This document shows, one piece after another, positions 18,451-31,084 of a stretch of 61,847 nucleotides of DNA. A program made the translations under genes and the position numbers. The stretch covers positions 1-61,847 of the forward strand of contig JBHIAV010000014.1 of the NCBI GenBank assembly GCA_046758745.1, written 5' to 3'. The stretch is from Gemmatimonadota bacterium (lineage in GTDB: Bacteria; Gemmatimonadota; Gemmatimonadetes; Palauibacterales; Palauibacteraceae). The notes beneath the pieces are model-generated. The model saw nothing but the letters and a program-made list of their open reading frames with translations. It was not told the DNA's origin and did not search any database. Positions within the stretch are counted from its first letter, which is position 1. The number at the start of each line of letters is the position of its first letter.

Positions 18451-19236
18451 TCAGCGGCTCGCGAAGCTCACCAGGGCGAGGTCGGTCAGCGCCGTCTGCG
18501 CCATCTCGGAGACGAGTGCGTGCTCGTACTCCCCGTCGGACCACCGGGCCACCTGGACGCCCATCTCGCTGGTAACCTCGAGATCCGTGCGCTCGCCATC
18601 TCTCCCGCGGCTCATCGGGAGGCGGTAGTGCGCGAGGCGGCTCCCCGCCAGGTCGTACTCGATCATCGCCCCCCGCCTACCGTCGATCTGGCAGATGATG
18701 GCCCGTTTCACCTCGGCATCGGCGAGCCGCACCGGAACGATCCGCCGGCCGAGCTCTCGCATGTAGAAGGTCGCCAGCGTGCCCGAGTCGAGAGACGCCG
18801 GGACGGCGACCTCCTGGACGGCCATCCGCACGTAGTCATCCGCGTACTTGGCCGCTCCCAAACGTCCGTCCGCCCCGGCGCGGAGCCAGAAGGCCGCCCC
18901 GGCGAGCAGGGCGACGGCCGCGGCGGCGGCGACCCGGGAGGAGGCCGGAAATCGTCGGGACAGGGAACGTCCCGGCCGTGCTCCCTCGCCCGAAGCGATG
19001 ATCGTCCTCTCGCGCGCCAGGGCGTCGTACAGACGTTCGCGGAACTCCGGGGGCGCCTGAACCGAGAGCGAGACGCTCCGCAGCGCCCGCGTCAGCAGCG
19101 CGTCCCGCTCGAAGAAGTGGCGGCAGGACACACATCCCGCCAGATGCACGCGTGCCTCCTCCTCACGAGGCTCGAAGCCGCGCGGCTGATCGAGCGGCCA
19201 CAGGACCTCTCGAGCCTCGTCGCACGTCATGTTCAT
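18451..19236 (-). CDS. Membrane-anchored ZAS anti-sigma factor
   Basis: N-terminal C..HLAGCVSC; single Ala-rich TM; downstream of a sigma factor. Confidence 0.78.
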   Translation of the reverse strand: MNMTCDEAREVLWPLDQPRGFEPREEEARVHLAGCVSCRHFFERDALLTRALRSVSLSVQAPPEFRERLYDALARERTIIASGEGARPGRSLSRRFPASSRVAAAAAVALLAGAAFWLRAGADGRLGAAKYADDYVRMAVQEVAVPASLDSGTLATFYMRELGRRIVPVRLADAEVKRAIICQIDGRRGAMIEYDLAGSRLAHYRLPMSRGRDGERTDLEVTSEMGVQVARWSDGEYEHALVSEMAQTALTDLALVSFASR

Positions 19237-19239
19237 CCG

Positions 19240-19926
19240 TCAGCAACCTCCCTTCATTCGCACGCGCACCTTCGTCTCGGCCTCGGCTAAGAGGGCCCGC
19301 TCCATGCTCCGGTGCAGCGCCCGCCTCCCCTCAAACAATAGTTGCCGGAGCTCGGAACGCCCAACGCCGATCGCCTCCGCCGCCTCGGCGTAACCGACAC
19401 CCACGCTGCCAACGAGCCACGTGGCAGCCCGCTGCTCCAGCGGCAGCTCGACCAGCGCCTGCCGTACGAGCTCGCCGAATCGCTCCGGATCCGCGCTTTC
19501 CAGCCGGCTCGCCGCCTCCCACCCTGCCGCACTCCTCCCGCCCGGCTCCATCTCACCGGCCGGTCCCTCCTCGAGAGACCAGGACATCAACACCTCGACC
19601 GGGGCATGCCGTTCCCGCATGAAGTCCAGGTACTGCCGGACCATCCGCGTCAGGATCCAGGCCCGGAAATCCGAGGGACGGGGACCGCGCCGGAACGCGG
19701 AAGCTCCCCTCACCACCACGTCGAGCGCCAAGGCCTCGGCGCGGTCCGCCGACCCTGTCAGGAGGACGGCGCCATCGTACAGCGCGTCGAGCACGCCGCT
19801 GATGCACTCCTCGTAGGTGCACGCGCCACTTACCCTATTCCGTAGTTCCCTGAGCTTTGACAACTTGCCCACCGTTGTGTCACGCCACCCTTCCACCCGG
19901 ACGGCACCTTGCAAACCGGTAAACAA
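19240..19926 (-). CDS. ECF sigma-70 factor, divergent region 2; start uncertain
   Basis: FRAWILTRM; region 4 ALVELPLEQRAA..YAEAAEAIG..LFEGRRAL. Confidence 0.75.
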   Translation of the reverse strand: MFTGLQGAVRVEGWRDTTVGKLSKLRELRNRVSGACTYEECISGVLDALYDGAVLLTGSADRAEALALDVVVRGASAFRRGPRPSDFRAWILTRMVRQYLDFMRERHAPVEVLMSWSLEEGPAGEMEPGGRSAAGWEAASRLESADPERFGELVRQALVELPLEQRAATWLVGSVGVGYAEAAEAIGVGRSELRQLLFEGRRALHRSMERALLAEAETKVRVRMKGGC

Positions 19927-20081
19927 GTGTGCAGGCCACGAGGTTCACGGAGAGGGCGTGGGCTCCGAGGCGCGCTGCTCGGCGGGGGTTGCGCGCGGCT
20001 TCCGGCGGCCCGGTGGCGGTGCGTCGGGCTTCGCCCACTCAACGTCGGCCGACCGACCGAGCGGGCCATCTCGGCCGCTTT

Positions 20082-20972
20082 CTACGGACCGGCGAGCCGG
20101 GCGACCCCCGCGCTCACCCCCCAGTCCGGAGAGGTGCCGGCGTAGCCGAGGGAGAGATGGGCGTCCAGCAGCCATCCTCCGGCGCGGTAGTCCGCGCCGA
20201 AGCGAAGCTCGCCGAGGTCCTCTGTGCCGAGCGGCACCCGGTCGCGGGTGCTCGCCCGCCCGTCCACCCCGAGCGCCAGCCGTCCCCTTCCGGCCGCGAT
20301 GCGGAGGAGGATCTCGCCGCTGTACATGAGGACGTCGTTTTGCTCGAAGCTCTCGAGCGGCGCCTCCAGGATCCCCACTCCCACGTCGGCGGTCACCCGA
20401 AGTCGTCGCACGCCGTAGCTCCCGAGCACGCCGAAGCGGAAGTCCGTCGTGTTCGTCCCGATCCCCTTCGTCTCATCGGAGTTCGGCAGCTTCACCTCCA
20501 TCCGCAGCCCTCCCGACAGGCCTTCGCGGCCACCGATCGGAGAGAAGAGCGTGCCGATGCGGAAGTCGCCTACGTCGCCGCTCGTGCCGTCGGCGACACC
20601 CGGATCGAGGGGGATCGCCGGCAGTCCCGCCCGCTGTACGGTGAGGACGCGATACACGTCGCCTTCCAGCATGACCAGGACCCGCGACGCGAGACCGTAG
20701 GCGACGGTAAGGCGAGCCACGCTAACGAGATCACCCGCGAGAGCGGAGAGGGGGAACTCCGCGTCCGCCGCGTAGCCGGATCCTCCGCCGACGAGCAGAT
20801 CTCCGCGCGACACCTCGGCCACGGGCTGTACCGTCGGGGCTCGACGGAGCTGCGCTACCGCGTGGCCCGGAAGAGCGACCAGGCCCAGCAGGAGGTCCAC
20901 CGAGAGAAGCAGAGCGAGCCTTTCCCGCCCGGCGTGCCGACACCGCTGTCGCGAGACGGGGAAGGCGGACAC
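20082..20972 (-). CDS. Hypothetical exported beta-barrel-like protein
   Basis: Signal-like LLGLVALPGHAVA|Q; GDVGDFRIG..VKLPN..GIGT resembles 'transporter'-type barrels. Confidence 0.55.
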   Translation of the reverse strand: MSAFPVSRQRCRHAGRERLALLLSVDLLLGLVALPGHAVAQLRRAPTVQPVAEVSRGDLLVGGGSGYAADAEFPLSALAGDLVSVARLTVAYGLASRVLVMLEGDVYRVLTVQRAGLPAIPLDPGVADGTSGDVGDFRIGTLFSPIGGREGLSGGLRMEVKLPNSDETKGIGTNTTDFRFGVLGSYGVRRLRVTADVGVGILEAPLESFEQNDVLMYSGEILLRIAAGRGRLALGVDGRASTRDRVPLGTEDLGELRFGADYRAGGWLLDAHLSLGYAGTSPDWGVSAGVARLAGP

Positions 20973-20991
20973 CGCCGTCGGGCCTCGACGG

Positions 20992-21497
20992 CTACTGGCT
21001 GCGATAATTGCCGAACTGGAGCTCGAGGCCGAAGTCCCTCTCCCGCAGGGCCCGGATCACCTTCTGCAGGTCGTCACGGTCCGGACCCTGCACCCGCAGC
21101 TGGTCTCCCTGGATGTGGGCCTGCACCCTCTTCAGCCCGAGGTCCCGCACCGCCCTGCTCATCTGCTTCGCTACCTCGCCGGGGATCCCCTGCTGTAGCG
21201 AGAGCTCCATCCGGCTGGCACCGCCCGCCGCCGGTTCGACCTTCCCTGCCCGCACGTTCTTGAGCGGAACACGGCGACGGGCGAGCTTCTCTCGCACCAC
21301 CCCGAGAAGCGCCCGCAGCCTGTACTCGTCCCCCGCCACCAGGCGCACCACGCCGGCGCTCCGCTCGAGCTGGATCTCCACCCTCACGCCCTTGAAGTCG
21401 AAGCGCTGCGAGACCTCCTTGCGCGCCTGGTTCAGCGCGTTGTCCACCTCCTGGAGGTCGACCGTCGAGGTGACGTCGAACGACTGCATCCTGGCCA

Positions 21498-21498
<1 letters not shown>
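20992..21498 (-). CDS. yajQ: YajQ family nucleotide/c-di-GMP-binding protein
   Basis: SFDVTSTVDLQEVDNA..RFDFKG..IQGDQLRV..RDDLQ..LQFGNYR; TGATG coupling to sucA. Confidence 0.95.
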
Positions 21499-24368
<2,870 letters not shown>

Positions 24369-24452
24369 GGCTGAAACCTCTCTTCGATGCCTCCGATCAG
24401 GAGCGGACAAACTAATGCGGGCGGCGGTACCAAACAGCCGGCGTGCGGATCG

Positions 24453-24478
24453 GGAACCCGGATCCGTGCGGGCTTGTT
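24453..24478 (+). promoter_or_regulatory. Candidate SigR/SigH-type promoter GGAAC-N18-GTT
   Basis: GGAAC 24453-57, GTT 24476-78; recurs upstream of other redox/metal genes. Confidence 0.55.
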
Positions 24479-24561
24479 TCGTTTCGATGGGATACTGTTG
24501 AACCCGGAGGAGGCCGCCCCTCGCGGCCACGATCATGAAACCGCAGCACAGGAGGAAGGCG

Positions 24562-24948
24562 ATGAAGGCACTGGCGCTGGCCGCGGGAGCCGCGTTCGCC
24601 ACGGTCGGCCTCGCGGCCGCGGCCCCCGGCGATCAGGCGGAGCCGAGCCAGGAGGCCCAGGAGACGACGATCACGGCCCAGGTCGTGGACCAGTCGTGTT
24701 ACCTGGCGAACGGGCTGAAGGGCGCGGATCACAAGATGTGCGCCGAAGTGTGCGCCAAGAAGGGAATCCCTCTCGTCTTGCTCGGCGATGACGGCCAGAT
24801 CTACCTGCCGGTGGACACGGCCATGCCGGGGGCGGCCTTCAACGAGCAGCTCCTGCCGCACGCCGAGGCGAAGGTGAAGGTGACGGGTAAGGTGGTGGAG
24901 AAGTCTGGAAGCAAGGCGATCGTGGTGAAGAAGATCACCGCTGCCTGA
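24562..24948 (+). CDS. Exported small Cys/His protein, putative metal-binding
   Basis: RBS AGGAGG; signal peptide; D.SCY..H..CA..CA..GIP motif. Confidence 0.75.
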   Translation: MKALALAAGAAFATVGLAAAAPGDQAEPSQEAQETTITAQVVDQSCYLANGLKGADHKMCAEVCAKKGIPLVLLGDDGQIYLPVDTAMPGAAFNEQLLPHAEAKVKVTGKVVEKSGSKAIVVKKITAA

Positions 24949-25062
24949 TCCAAGCCGCCCGGCACCGCTTCGGGCGCGCGATTTGAGTACAGCGAGGGGG
25001 CAGCCGATCGGCTGCCCCTTCGTGCTTGCCGAGCCCGTGGCTTCCCGTGTGCCGGGGGCCCC

Positions 25063-26673
25063 TCACTCCCGCCCGCTTGGTACCATGCCGTCGTGTCGGT
25101 GTGCCGACGGCTCGAGGGCGTCGCCCCCATGCGCCGGCGCGGCCCGCTCGATCTCGGCGGCGAGCGTCTCGGTGAGGCGCTTCCAGCTCGCCTCGCTCCC
25201 GAAGCCGAAGAACTCCTCTACCACCCGGCCTCGATAGTCCGCCAGGACGGTGTACGGCAGGCCCGGAAAGCGAAAATGATCCTGCATCTTCCCGCGGCCC
25301 AGGAAGAGCGGGAAGGGGAGGTCGAGGGATGCCGCGAAGCCGCGCGCCGCTTCCTCGTCCTCATCATCCGAGATGGCCAGGAACTCGACCCGGCCGCGGT
25401 CCAGCCTCTCGTAGAGGGCCTTCAGCCGGGGCAGCTCGGCCCGGCACGGGACACACCAGCTCGCCCACACGTTGATGAGGAGAGCTCTCCCCCGGTAGTC
25501 GGCGAATGTGACCGAGTCGCCGCCGAACCCCTCCAGGACGAGGCCCGGCAATGACCGCCGCTCGGGCGGCGGAGCGCTGTTCACGATCGCGGCATCGTCG
25601 ACCCTGTAAACCCGGCCGGCATCGTCCACACCGAAGGAAGTCCAGCCGGCGGGCACCGTCGTCGCGCGGAGGAGCGTCCCGTCGGCAGGATCGTACACCT
25701 CGACGCGCCGGTGGCCCACCGGCGGGCCCGAGCTCGAACCTGGCAGGCTGTCGGAGGCGGTGAGCGCGTACAGCAGCTCATCCGGCCCGATCGCCAGGGC
25801 CTGCGTAACGGGTCGCACCCGGAGGGTACGCCCGCCATCATCGGCGGCGAAGGTCGGTTCCATGGGCGGCAGGGAGAGGGAGCGTGTGACCCGCCACGCC
25901 AGGCGGCCATCGGACCGGTACGCCCGCAGCTCGTTGCGAAGGAGAAAGGCGAAATAGCCCGAGCCGTCGGGGCCGGCCGCGACAGCCCCCGCGTTTGCCA
26001 GCCGGTTGAGCTCGGCGTGCGTGACGGGCTCGATCTCCGCGATCGCCGCGCCTTCGCCGCGTAGCGGGTCGAAGCGGTAGAGAAGGGGCTCGCCCGGCGG
26101 CGTGGGATCGAAGCCGAGGATGTAGGGCGAGCGGGCCGTCCACAGCGCCCCGTCCGGCGCGGCCGAAAGGCTGCCGTTGATCAGCGGGGGCTCGCTGGAT
26201 CCCCGGTACCGCCCCCGCTCGTCGAAGTAGAGCAGCCCCTCCGGGTGCTCGACGTCGATCAGGAATGTCGCGCCGCCGCGGGTCGCCGCCACCGAGAGGG
26301 GCAGACCCACGCCGCCCCTCTCCTCGGATGGTCCGCCGATGGTCCGCACGACCGACAGATCCGGGCCGACGACGAGGATCCGGCCGGCGCTCTCCTGCGG
26401 CAGGTAAGCGTTGCCGGCCGAGTCACGGGGGACACCACGGCCCCGATAGAAGACGAGGGCGAGCCCCTCCGCCGGAGGCTCCTCGTACACGAAGAGCGAC
26501 TCGCGCGGCGTGATCCATTCGATCAGGGGAAACTCCCCCGCTTCCGCCACGCGGGGCGGGACGTAGGCCGGGTAGGGACGCCCGACCCGCCCGTCCGGCC
26601 GCTCTCCGGCGCACGCCCCGGCGAGCCACGCCGTGAAGATCGCCGCAGACACGACGAATCGGCCTATGTCCAT
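25063..26673 (-). CDS. Lipoprotein: NHL/6-bladed beta-propeller fused to TlpA-like thioredoxin domain
   Basis: Lipobox LAGAC; propeller repeats; LINVWASWCVPCRAE; cis-Pro GLPYT. Confidence 0.83.
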   Translation of the reverse strand: MDIGRFVVSAAIFTAWLAGACAGERPDGRVGRPYPAYVPPRVAEAGEFPLIEWITPRESLFVYEEPPAEGLALVFYRGRGVPRDSAGNAYLPQESAGRILVVGPDLSVVRTIGGPSEERGGVGLPLSVAATRGGATFLIDVEHPEGLLYFDERGRYRGSSEPPLINGSLSAAPDGALWTARSPYILGFDPTPPGEPLLYRFDPLRGEGAAIAEIEPVTHAELNRLANAGAVAAGPDGSGYFAFLLRNELRAYRSDGRLAWRVTRSLSLPPMEPTFAADDGGRTLRVRPVTQALAIGPDELLYALTASDSLPGSSSGPPVGHRRVEVYDPADGTLLRATTVPAGWTSFGVDDAGRVYRVDDAAIVNSAPPPERRSLPGLVLEGFGGDSVTFADYRGRALLINVWASWCVPCRAELPRLKALYERLDRGRVEFLAISDDEDEEAARGFAASLDLPFPLFLGRGKMQDHFRFPGLPYTVLADYRGRVVEEFFGFGSEASWKRLTETLAAEIERAAPAHGGDALEPSAHRHDGMVPSGRE

Positions 26674-26770
26674 GACTTTCCCTGATTTCCCTGTCGTTCT
26701 TCTCGTCCTGAAGTCGGTCCTGACCTGAAACCGGAATCCGTGCAGTCGCCCGGTGCTCTCCCTCCGATCC

Positions 26771-26796
26771 AACCCACATCGAAGGTACCGGGTTTC
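26771..26796 (-). promoter_or_regulatory. Candidate ECF promoter GAAAC-N18-GTT upstream of TlpA fusion
   Basis: Minus strand GAAAC ccggtaccttcgatgtgg GTT. Confidence 0.45.
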
Positions 26797-26833
26797 CGGC
26801 GCTCGAACACCGGACCCGGCCGGACCGCCCACC

Positions 26834-26859
26834 GGAACCGCCGGGAGCGCGCGGCTGTT
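26834..26859 (+). promoter_or_regulatory. Candidate ECF promoter GGAAC-N18-GTT upstream of DUF3179 gene
   Basis: GGAAC cgccgggagcgcgcggct GTT. Confidence 0.55.
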
Positions 26860-26927
26860 CCCCCTTCGGGCCCTTGGCCGGGGAAACCGGCGCATCCTGA
26901 CGGTGAACCGTCGAACAGGCTCTCCTC

Positions 26928-28115
26928 ATGCGACCGACCAGCCAGACCGCACCGCCCGCCGGATCGCCATGGCGACCGGCGATCCGCGCCGTGCTCCTCG
27001 CTGCCCTGTGCGGTGCGACGCTCGGTCCGGCCGCCGGCGCCCAGACGAGCGAGGCCAGGCGGGTGGCGGGGAGAGACGGGTGGCGCACCGACTTCAGCCG
27101 CGCGTCGGTCCCCCTGTCGGAGATCGCTTCCGGCGGTCCGCCCAAGGACGGGATCCCCGCCATCGACAGGCCGCGCTTCGAGTCCGCGGGGGAAGCGGAC
27201 GAGTGGCTCGGAGACCGCGATCCGCTCGTCGTGCTCGAGCACGGGGGCACGGTGAAGGCCTACCCGCTCGGCATTCTGATCTGGCACGAGATCGTCAACG
27301 ACGAGATCGCCGGCCTCCCGGTCGCCGTGACCTTCTGCCCCCTGTGCAACACGGCGCTGGCGTTCGACCGGCGCGTCGGGGACCGCGTCCTGGACTTCGG
27401 GACCACGGGCCGGCTTCGCCACTCCGACCTCATCATGTACGACCGGCAAACGGAGAGCTGGTGGCAGCAGGCGATCGGGGAGGCGATCGTCGGCGAGCTG
27501 CTCGGCGAGAGGCTCGAGCTCGTATCGGCGAACACGATGGGGTGGGCGCGGGTGAAGGAGCTCTACCCGGCCGTGCGCGTGCTCTCGCGGGACACGGGTT
27601 TCCCCGGGTACCGTACGCGCGGGCGGTACGGCCGAAACCCCTACGCAGGCTACGACACGCGGCGGGGGCCGTATCCGCGTTTCTTCTCCGAGCGTGTGGG
27701 CGGAAAGCTGCCCGCGATGGAGCGGGTGGCGGCCGTGGACCTCGGGCCCGGTTGGGCCGCGCCTTTCTCGGAACTGCGCGAGGCGCGAGTCGCCAACGCG
27801 GAGGTGGAGGGCCGGCGCTTCGTCGTCTTCTGGGCGCCGGGCGCGGCGAGCGCGCTCGACAAGGAGCGGATCGCGCGGGGACGCGACGTCGGACAGACCG
27901 CGGCCTTCGATCGTGAGCTGGACGGCCGGGCGCTCACTTTCGAGTGGGAGGGCAAGGCGTTCCGCGACCGGCAGACCGGCTCCCGGTGGGACCTGGCCGG
28001 ACGGGCGACGTCGGGGCCGTTGGCGGGCAAACGGCTCACACCGGTTCCCCACGGCAACCACTTCTGGTTCGCGTGGGTCGTCTTCCGTCCGGACACCGAG
28101 CTGTGGAGTCGGTAG
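26928..28115 (+). CDS. DUF3179-family exported protein
   Basis: GGPPKDGIPAID, AYPLGILIWHEIVND, TFCPLCNT, FGTTGRL..SDLIMYDRQTESWWQQ, FWFAW..FRPDT. Confidence 0.88.
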   Translation: MRPTSQTAPPAGSPWRPAIRAVLLAALCGATLGPAAGAQTSEARRVAGRDGWRTDFSRASVPLSEIASGGPPKDGIPAIDRPRFESAGEADEWLGDRDPLVVLEHGGTVKAYPLGILIWHEIVNDEIAGLPVAVTFCPLCNTALAFDRRVGDRVLDFGTTGRLRHSDLIMYDRQTESWWQQAIGEAIVGELLGERLELVSANTMGWARVKELYPAVRVLSRDTGFPGYRTRGRYGRNPYAGYDTRRGPYPRFFSERVGGKLPAMERVAAVDLGPGWAAPFSELREARVANAEVEGRRFVVFWAPGAASALDKERIARGRDVGQTAAFDRELDGRALTFEWEGKAFRDRQTGSRWDLAGRATSGPLAGKRLTPVPHGNHFWFAWVVFRPDTELWSR

Positions 28116-28314
28116 CTCTTCGGACCCGCCAGGAACGCTAGCCGCATTCGCAAGATAGACCGATCCACAGGGGGCCGGAGATCGCCCCGTCGGCGAGAAG
28201 AGCTTCGAGGAAGACAGGCGGTCGCCGACCTGTTACCTTGGGCTGCGTCCCCCTGCAAGCAGTCGACCGGCAGGGTCCGACGGTATCCCACGGACGGCCG
28301 GGAAAGGAGGAAAC

Positions 28315-29316
28315 GTGCGCACCGTAGCTCTCTCCCTGGCAGCCGCCACGATCCTGGGTCTCGCCGCGTGCGATGGCGACGACGGCGAGAACGGGATGAT
28401 GCAGCCCCCACCAACCAACCAGGCGCCCACGGCCACGATCGCCGCGCCGGGGACCGGGTCCATCTTCACCGCGGGTCAAGACGTCTCCTTCCAGGGGTCG
28501 GCGAGCGATCCGGAGGACGGGGCGCTGAGCGGCGCCTCCCTGGTGTGGACGAGCGACCTGGACGGACAGATCGGCACCGGTGCCTCCTTTACCAAGAGCG
28601 ACCTCTCCGTGGGAACGCACGTGATCACCCTCACCGCGACCGACAGCGACGGCGCGACCGGCACGGCCACCGTGCAGATCACCGTGGCGCCGGCGGGCAA
28701 CCAGGCCCCCACCGCCAGCATCGCCGCGCCGACGGCCGGGGCCGGCTTCACGACAGCCGAGAACATCTCCTTCCAGGGATCCGGAAATGATCCGGAGGAC
28801 GGGGCGCTGAGCGGCGCCTCCCTGGTGTGGACGAGCGACCTGGACGGACAGATCGGCACCGGTGCCTCCTTTACCAAGAGCGACCTCTCCGTGGGAACGC
28901 ACGTGATCACCCTCACCGCGACCGACAGCGACGGCGCCACGGACGCGGCCAGCGTGACGATCACCGTCCAGGCAGTAGGGGCGGGGCAGACCATAGACCT
29001 CAACATCGAGGACAACGCCTTCGTCGACCTGCAGGGAAGGAGAAACGAGCAGGCGGACGTGGTCATCACGCTCGGCACGACGCTCCGGTGGACCTACCTG
29101 CCGAGCGGCATCTCGATCCACACCGTGACGTCCGGTGCGGGAAGCGGAGGGGGAACGGGATCCGGAGTGCCGCCGGGAGGAACGGCGTTCGACAGCGGGG
29201 TGCTGAGCCCGGGTCAGACCTTCACCTTCACGCCGGATGCGGTGGGCACGTGGACCTACTTCTGCCAGGTCCACCCCACGATCATGTTCAACGCCACGAT
29301 CACCGTGGTGCCGTAG
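28315..29316 (+). CDS. Lipoprotein with two PKD/Ig-like repeats and a C-terminal cupredoxin domain
   Basis: RBS AAGGAGG; lipobox LAAC; 2x NQAPTA..DPEDG..GTHVITLTATDSDG; type-1 Cu ligands H..YFCQVHPTIM. Confidence 0.87.
   Translation: MRTVALSLAAATILGLAACDGDDGENGMMQPPPTNQAPTATIAAPGTGSIFTAGQDVSFQGSASDPEDGALSGASLVWTSDLDGQIGTGASFTKSDLSVGTHVITLTATDSDGATGTATVQITVAPAGNQAPTASIAAPTAGAGFTTAENISFQGSGNDPEDGALSGASLVWTSDLDGQIGTGASFTKSDLSVGTHVITLTATDSDGATDAASVTITVQAVGAGQTIDLNIEDNAFVDLQGRRNEQADVVITLGTTLRWTYLPSGISIHTVTSGAGSGGGTGSGVPPGGTAFDSGVLSPGQTFTFTPDAVGTWTYFCQVHPTIMFNATITVVP
28507..28937 (+). repeat. Intragenic 149-bp identical direct repeat (28507-28655 and 28789-28937)
   Basis: Offset 282 bp; encodes the two Ig-like modules. 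Confidence 0.9.
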
Positions 29317-29374
29317 CGCCGGGCTGACCGCTCGGCGGACCGGCGAGCGGCCGTAGCGGCCGTACTCTTACGCA

Positions 29375-29402
29375 ACCGGCCCCGCCCGAGGGCGGGGCCG
29401 GT
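29375..29402. terminator. Hairpin between convergent genes
   Basis: ACCGGCCCCGCCC-GA-GGGCGGGGCCGGT. Confidence 0.6.
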
Positions 29403-29419
29403 CTCACCCACGCAGCTTC

Positions 29420-29630
29420 TCAGCCGGGAGGCGCCTGGAGCTTCGCCTGGAACTCCTGCGCCTCGGAGAGCCTGTGCACCTCCGAGTCCAACCCCCCGAG
29501 CTGCTGCTCGAGCAGGTCCAGCCGCTGCCGGATGATCTCCAGCTCACGGCCCGCTCCCCGGGCCTCCTTCACCTTCGCCATCGCCTCTGCGATCGGCTTG
29601 AGAGCGTAGCCGACCGCCGGCGTCCCCTGT
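29420..29630 (-). pseudogene. Small coiled-coil protein, possibly 5'-truncated
   Basis: Coding-like LKPIAEAMAK..RLDLLEQQL..EVHRLSEAQEFQAKL; no clear start or RBS before the divergent permease. Confidence 0.45.
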
Positions 29631-29678
29631 ACCTTGGGGCGCCATGCCCCCGCCACCGATCTCACGGCTCGCCCCAAC

Positions 29679-30998
29679 GTGATCCGTCGGGATCCGTTCG
29701 ACCTCGCGGGCCAGGGCACGGCCGTGAGAACAGAGCTCCTGGCGGGCCTCACCACCTTCCTGACGATGGCCTACATCACGGTCGTCAACCCCGCGATCCT
29801 CTCCGCCGCCTTCGGCACCGATCCCGAAACGATGCACGCGCTGGTGACGGCGACCTGCCTCTCCGCCGCGGTCGCCACCCTGGTCATGGGACTATGGGCC
29901 AACTACCCGGTCGGCCTGGCCCCGGGCATGGGAAGCAACGCCTTCTTCGTGAGCGTGTGCACCGGTGGCGTGATCGGGGCGACGGTGGGCTGGCAGACGG
30001 CGCTCGGCGCCGTCTTCTGGTCGGGCGTCCTCTTCCTGGCGCTCTCCGCCTTCCGGCTGCGGGAGACGATCATCAACTCGCTCCCGGCTTCCCTCAAGTG
30101 CGGGATCGCCGCCGGAATCGGGCTCTTCCTCGCCTACATCGGCCTGCGCAACGGCGGCCTGGTCGCGGGTGCCCCACCGGAGTCGGGACTCCTCACCGTC
30201 CGAGGCGACTACGGGTCCCGCGACGTGTGGGTGATGGCCTTCGGGCTGCTCGCCACCGGGGTGCTGCTCGCGCGGCGGGTTCCGGCCGCGATCCTCATCG
30301 GGATCGTAGGCGCCACCGGCTTTCACCACCTGTTGAACGGCGGCCTGCCCGACGGGCTCCGGGTCGTGGCCGCGCCGAGCTTCTCCCTGTTCGGGAAGCT
30401 CGACCTCGGCGGCGTGTGGCGACGCGAGCTGATCCAGGTGCTGCTCGTCTTCCTGTACATGGACCTGTTCGACACGGTGGGGACGCTCGTGGCGGTAGCC
30501 AAAGAGGGGGACCTGCTGGATGAGCGCGGCCACCTGCCGCGCGCGGGTCGTGCCTTCGTCAGCGACGCGGCCGGCACGATGGTGGGTGCGCTGTTCGGCA
30601 CTTCCACGGTCACCAGCTACATCGAGTCGGGAGCGGGCATCGCAGCCGGCGGGCGCACGGGCCTCACCGCGATCGTCGTGGCCGCGCTCTTCCTCGCTGC
30701 GATCCCGTTCGCGCCGCTCGCCGCGCTGGTGCCGGCTGCCGCGACGGCTCCGGCGCTCGTCATCGTGGGGATCATGATGATGCGACAGGTCGGAGAGCTG
30801 GACTGGAAGGACTGGGCGCAGCTTCTGCCCGCCTTCATCGTCATCCTCGCGATCCCCTTCACCAACGGCATCCACACCGGGATCGCGTACGGCTTCATCT
30901 CCTACGCGGCCGTCATGACGCTGGCGGGACGATGGCGCGAGGTGAGCCTTCTCACCTATGTGCTGGCGGTGGTCCTCCTCCTCCTCATCCTCGCGTAA
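29679..30998 (+). CDS. NCS2/AzgA-family purine permease
   Basis: ELLAGLTTFLTMAYI..VNP, LAPGMG, DLFDTVGT, GTSTVTSYIES; start at GTG 29679 uncertain. Confidence 0.92.
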   Translation: MIRRDPFDLAGQGTAVRTELLAGLTTFLTMAYITVVNPAILSAAFGTDPETMHALVTATCLSAAVATLVMGLWANYPVGLAPGMGSNAFFVSVCTGGVIGATVGWQTALGAVFWSGVLFLALSAFRLRETIINSLPASLKCGIAAGIGLFLAYIGLRNGGLVAGAPPESGLLTVRGDYGSRDVWVMAFGLLATGVLLARRVPAAILIGIVGATGFHHLLNGGLPDGLRVVAAPSFSLFGKLDLGGVWRRELIQVLLVFLYMDLFDTVGTLVAVAKEGDLLDERGHLPRAGRAFVSDAAGTMVGALFGTSTVTSYIESGAGIAAGGRTGLTAIVVAALFLAAIPFAPLAALVPAAATAPALVIVGIMMMRQVGELDWKDWAQLLPAFIVILAIPFTNGIHTGIAYGFISYAAVMTLAGRWREVSLLTYVLAVVLLLLILA

Positions 30999-31084
30999 CG
31001 CCGACCCCAGCGGCGGAGACCCGCGCGGCGCCCGCGATCGCCCGGCCCGCGGTCGGGCAGCGGTGGATGCGGACGGCGGCAGCG

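Noticed and set aside
26928-28115. Selenocysteine recoding in DUF3179 or TlpA
   Set aside because: Both have ordinary Cys codons in CxxC and no in-frame TGA
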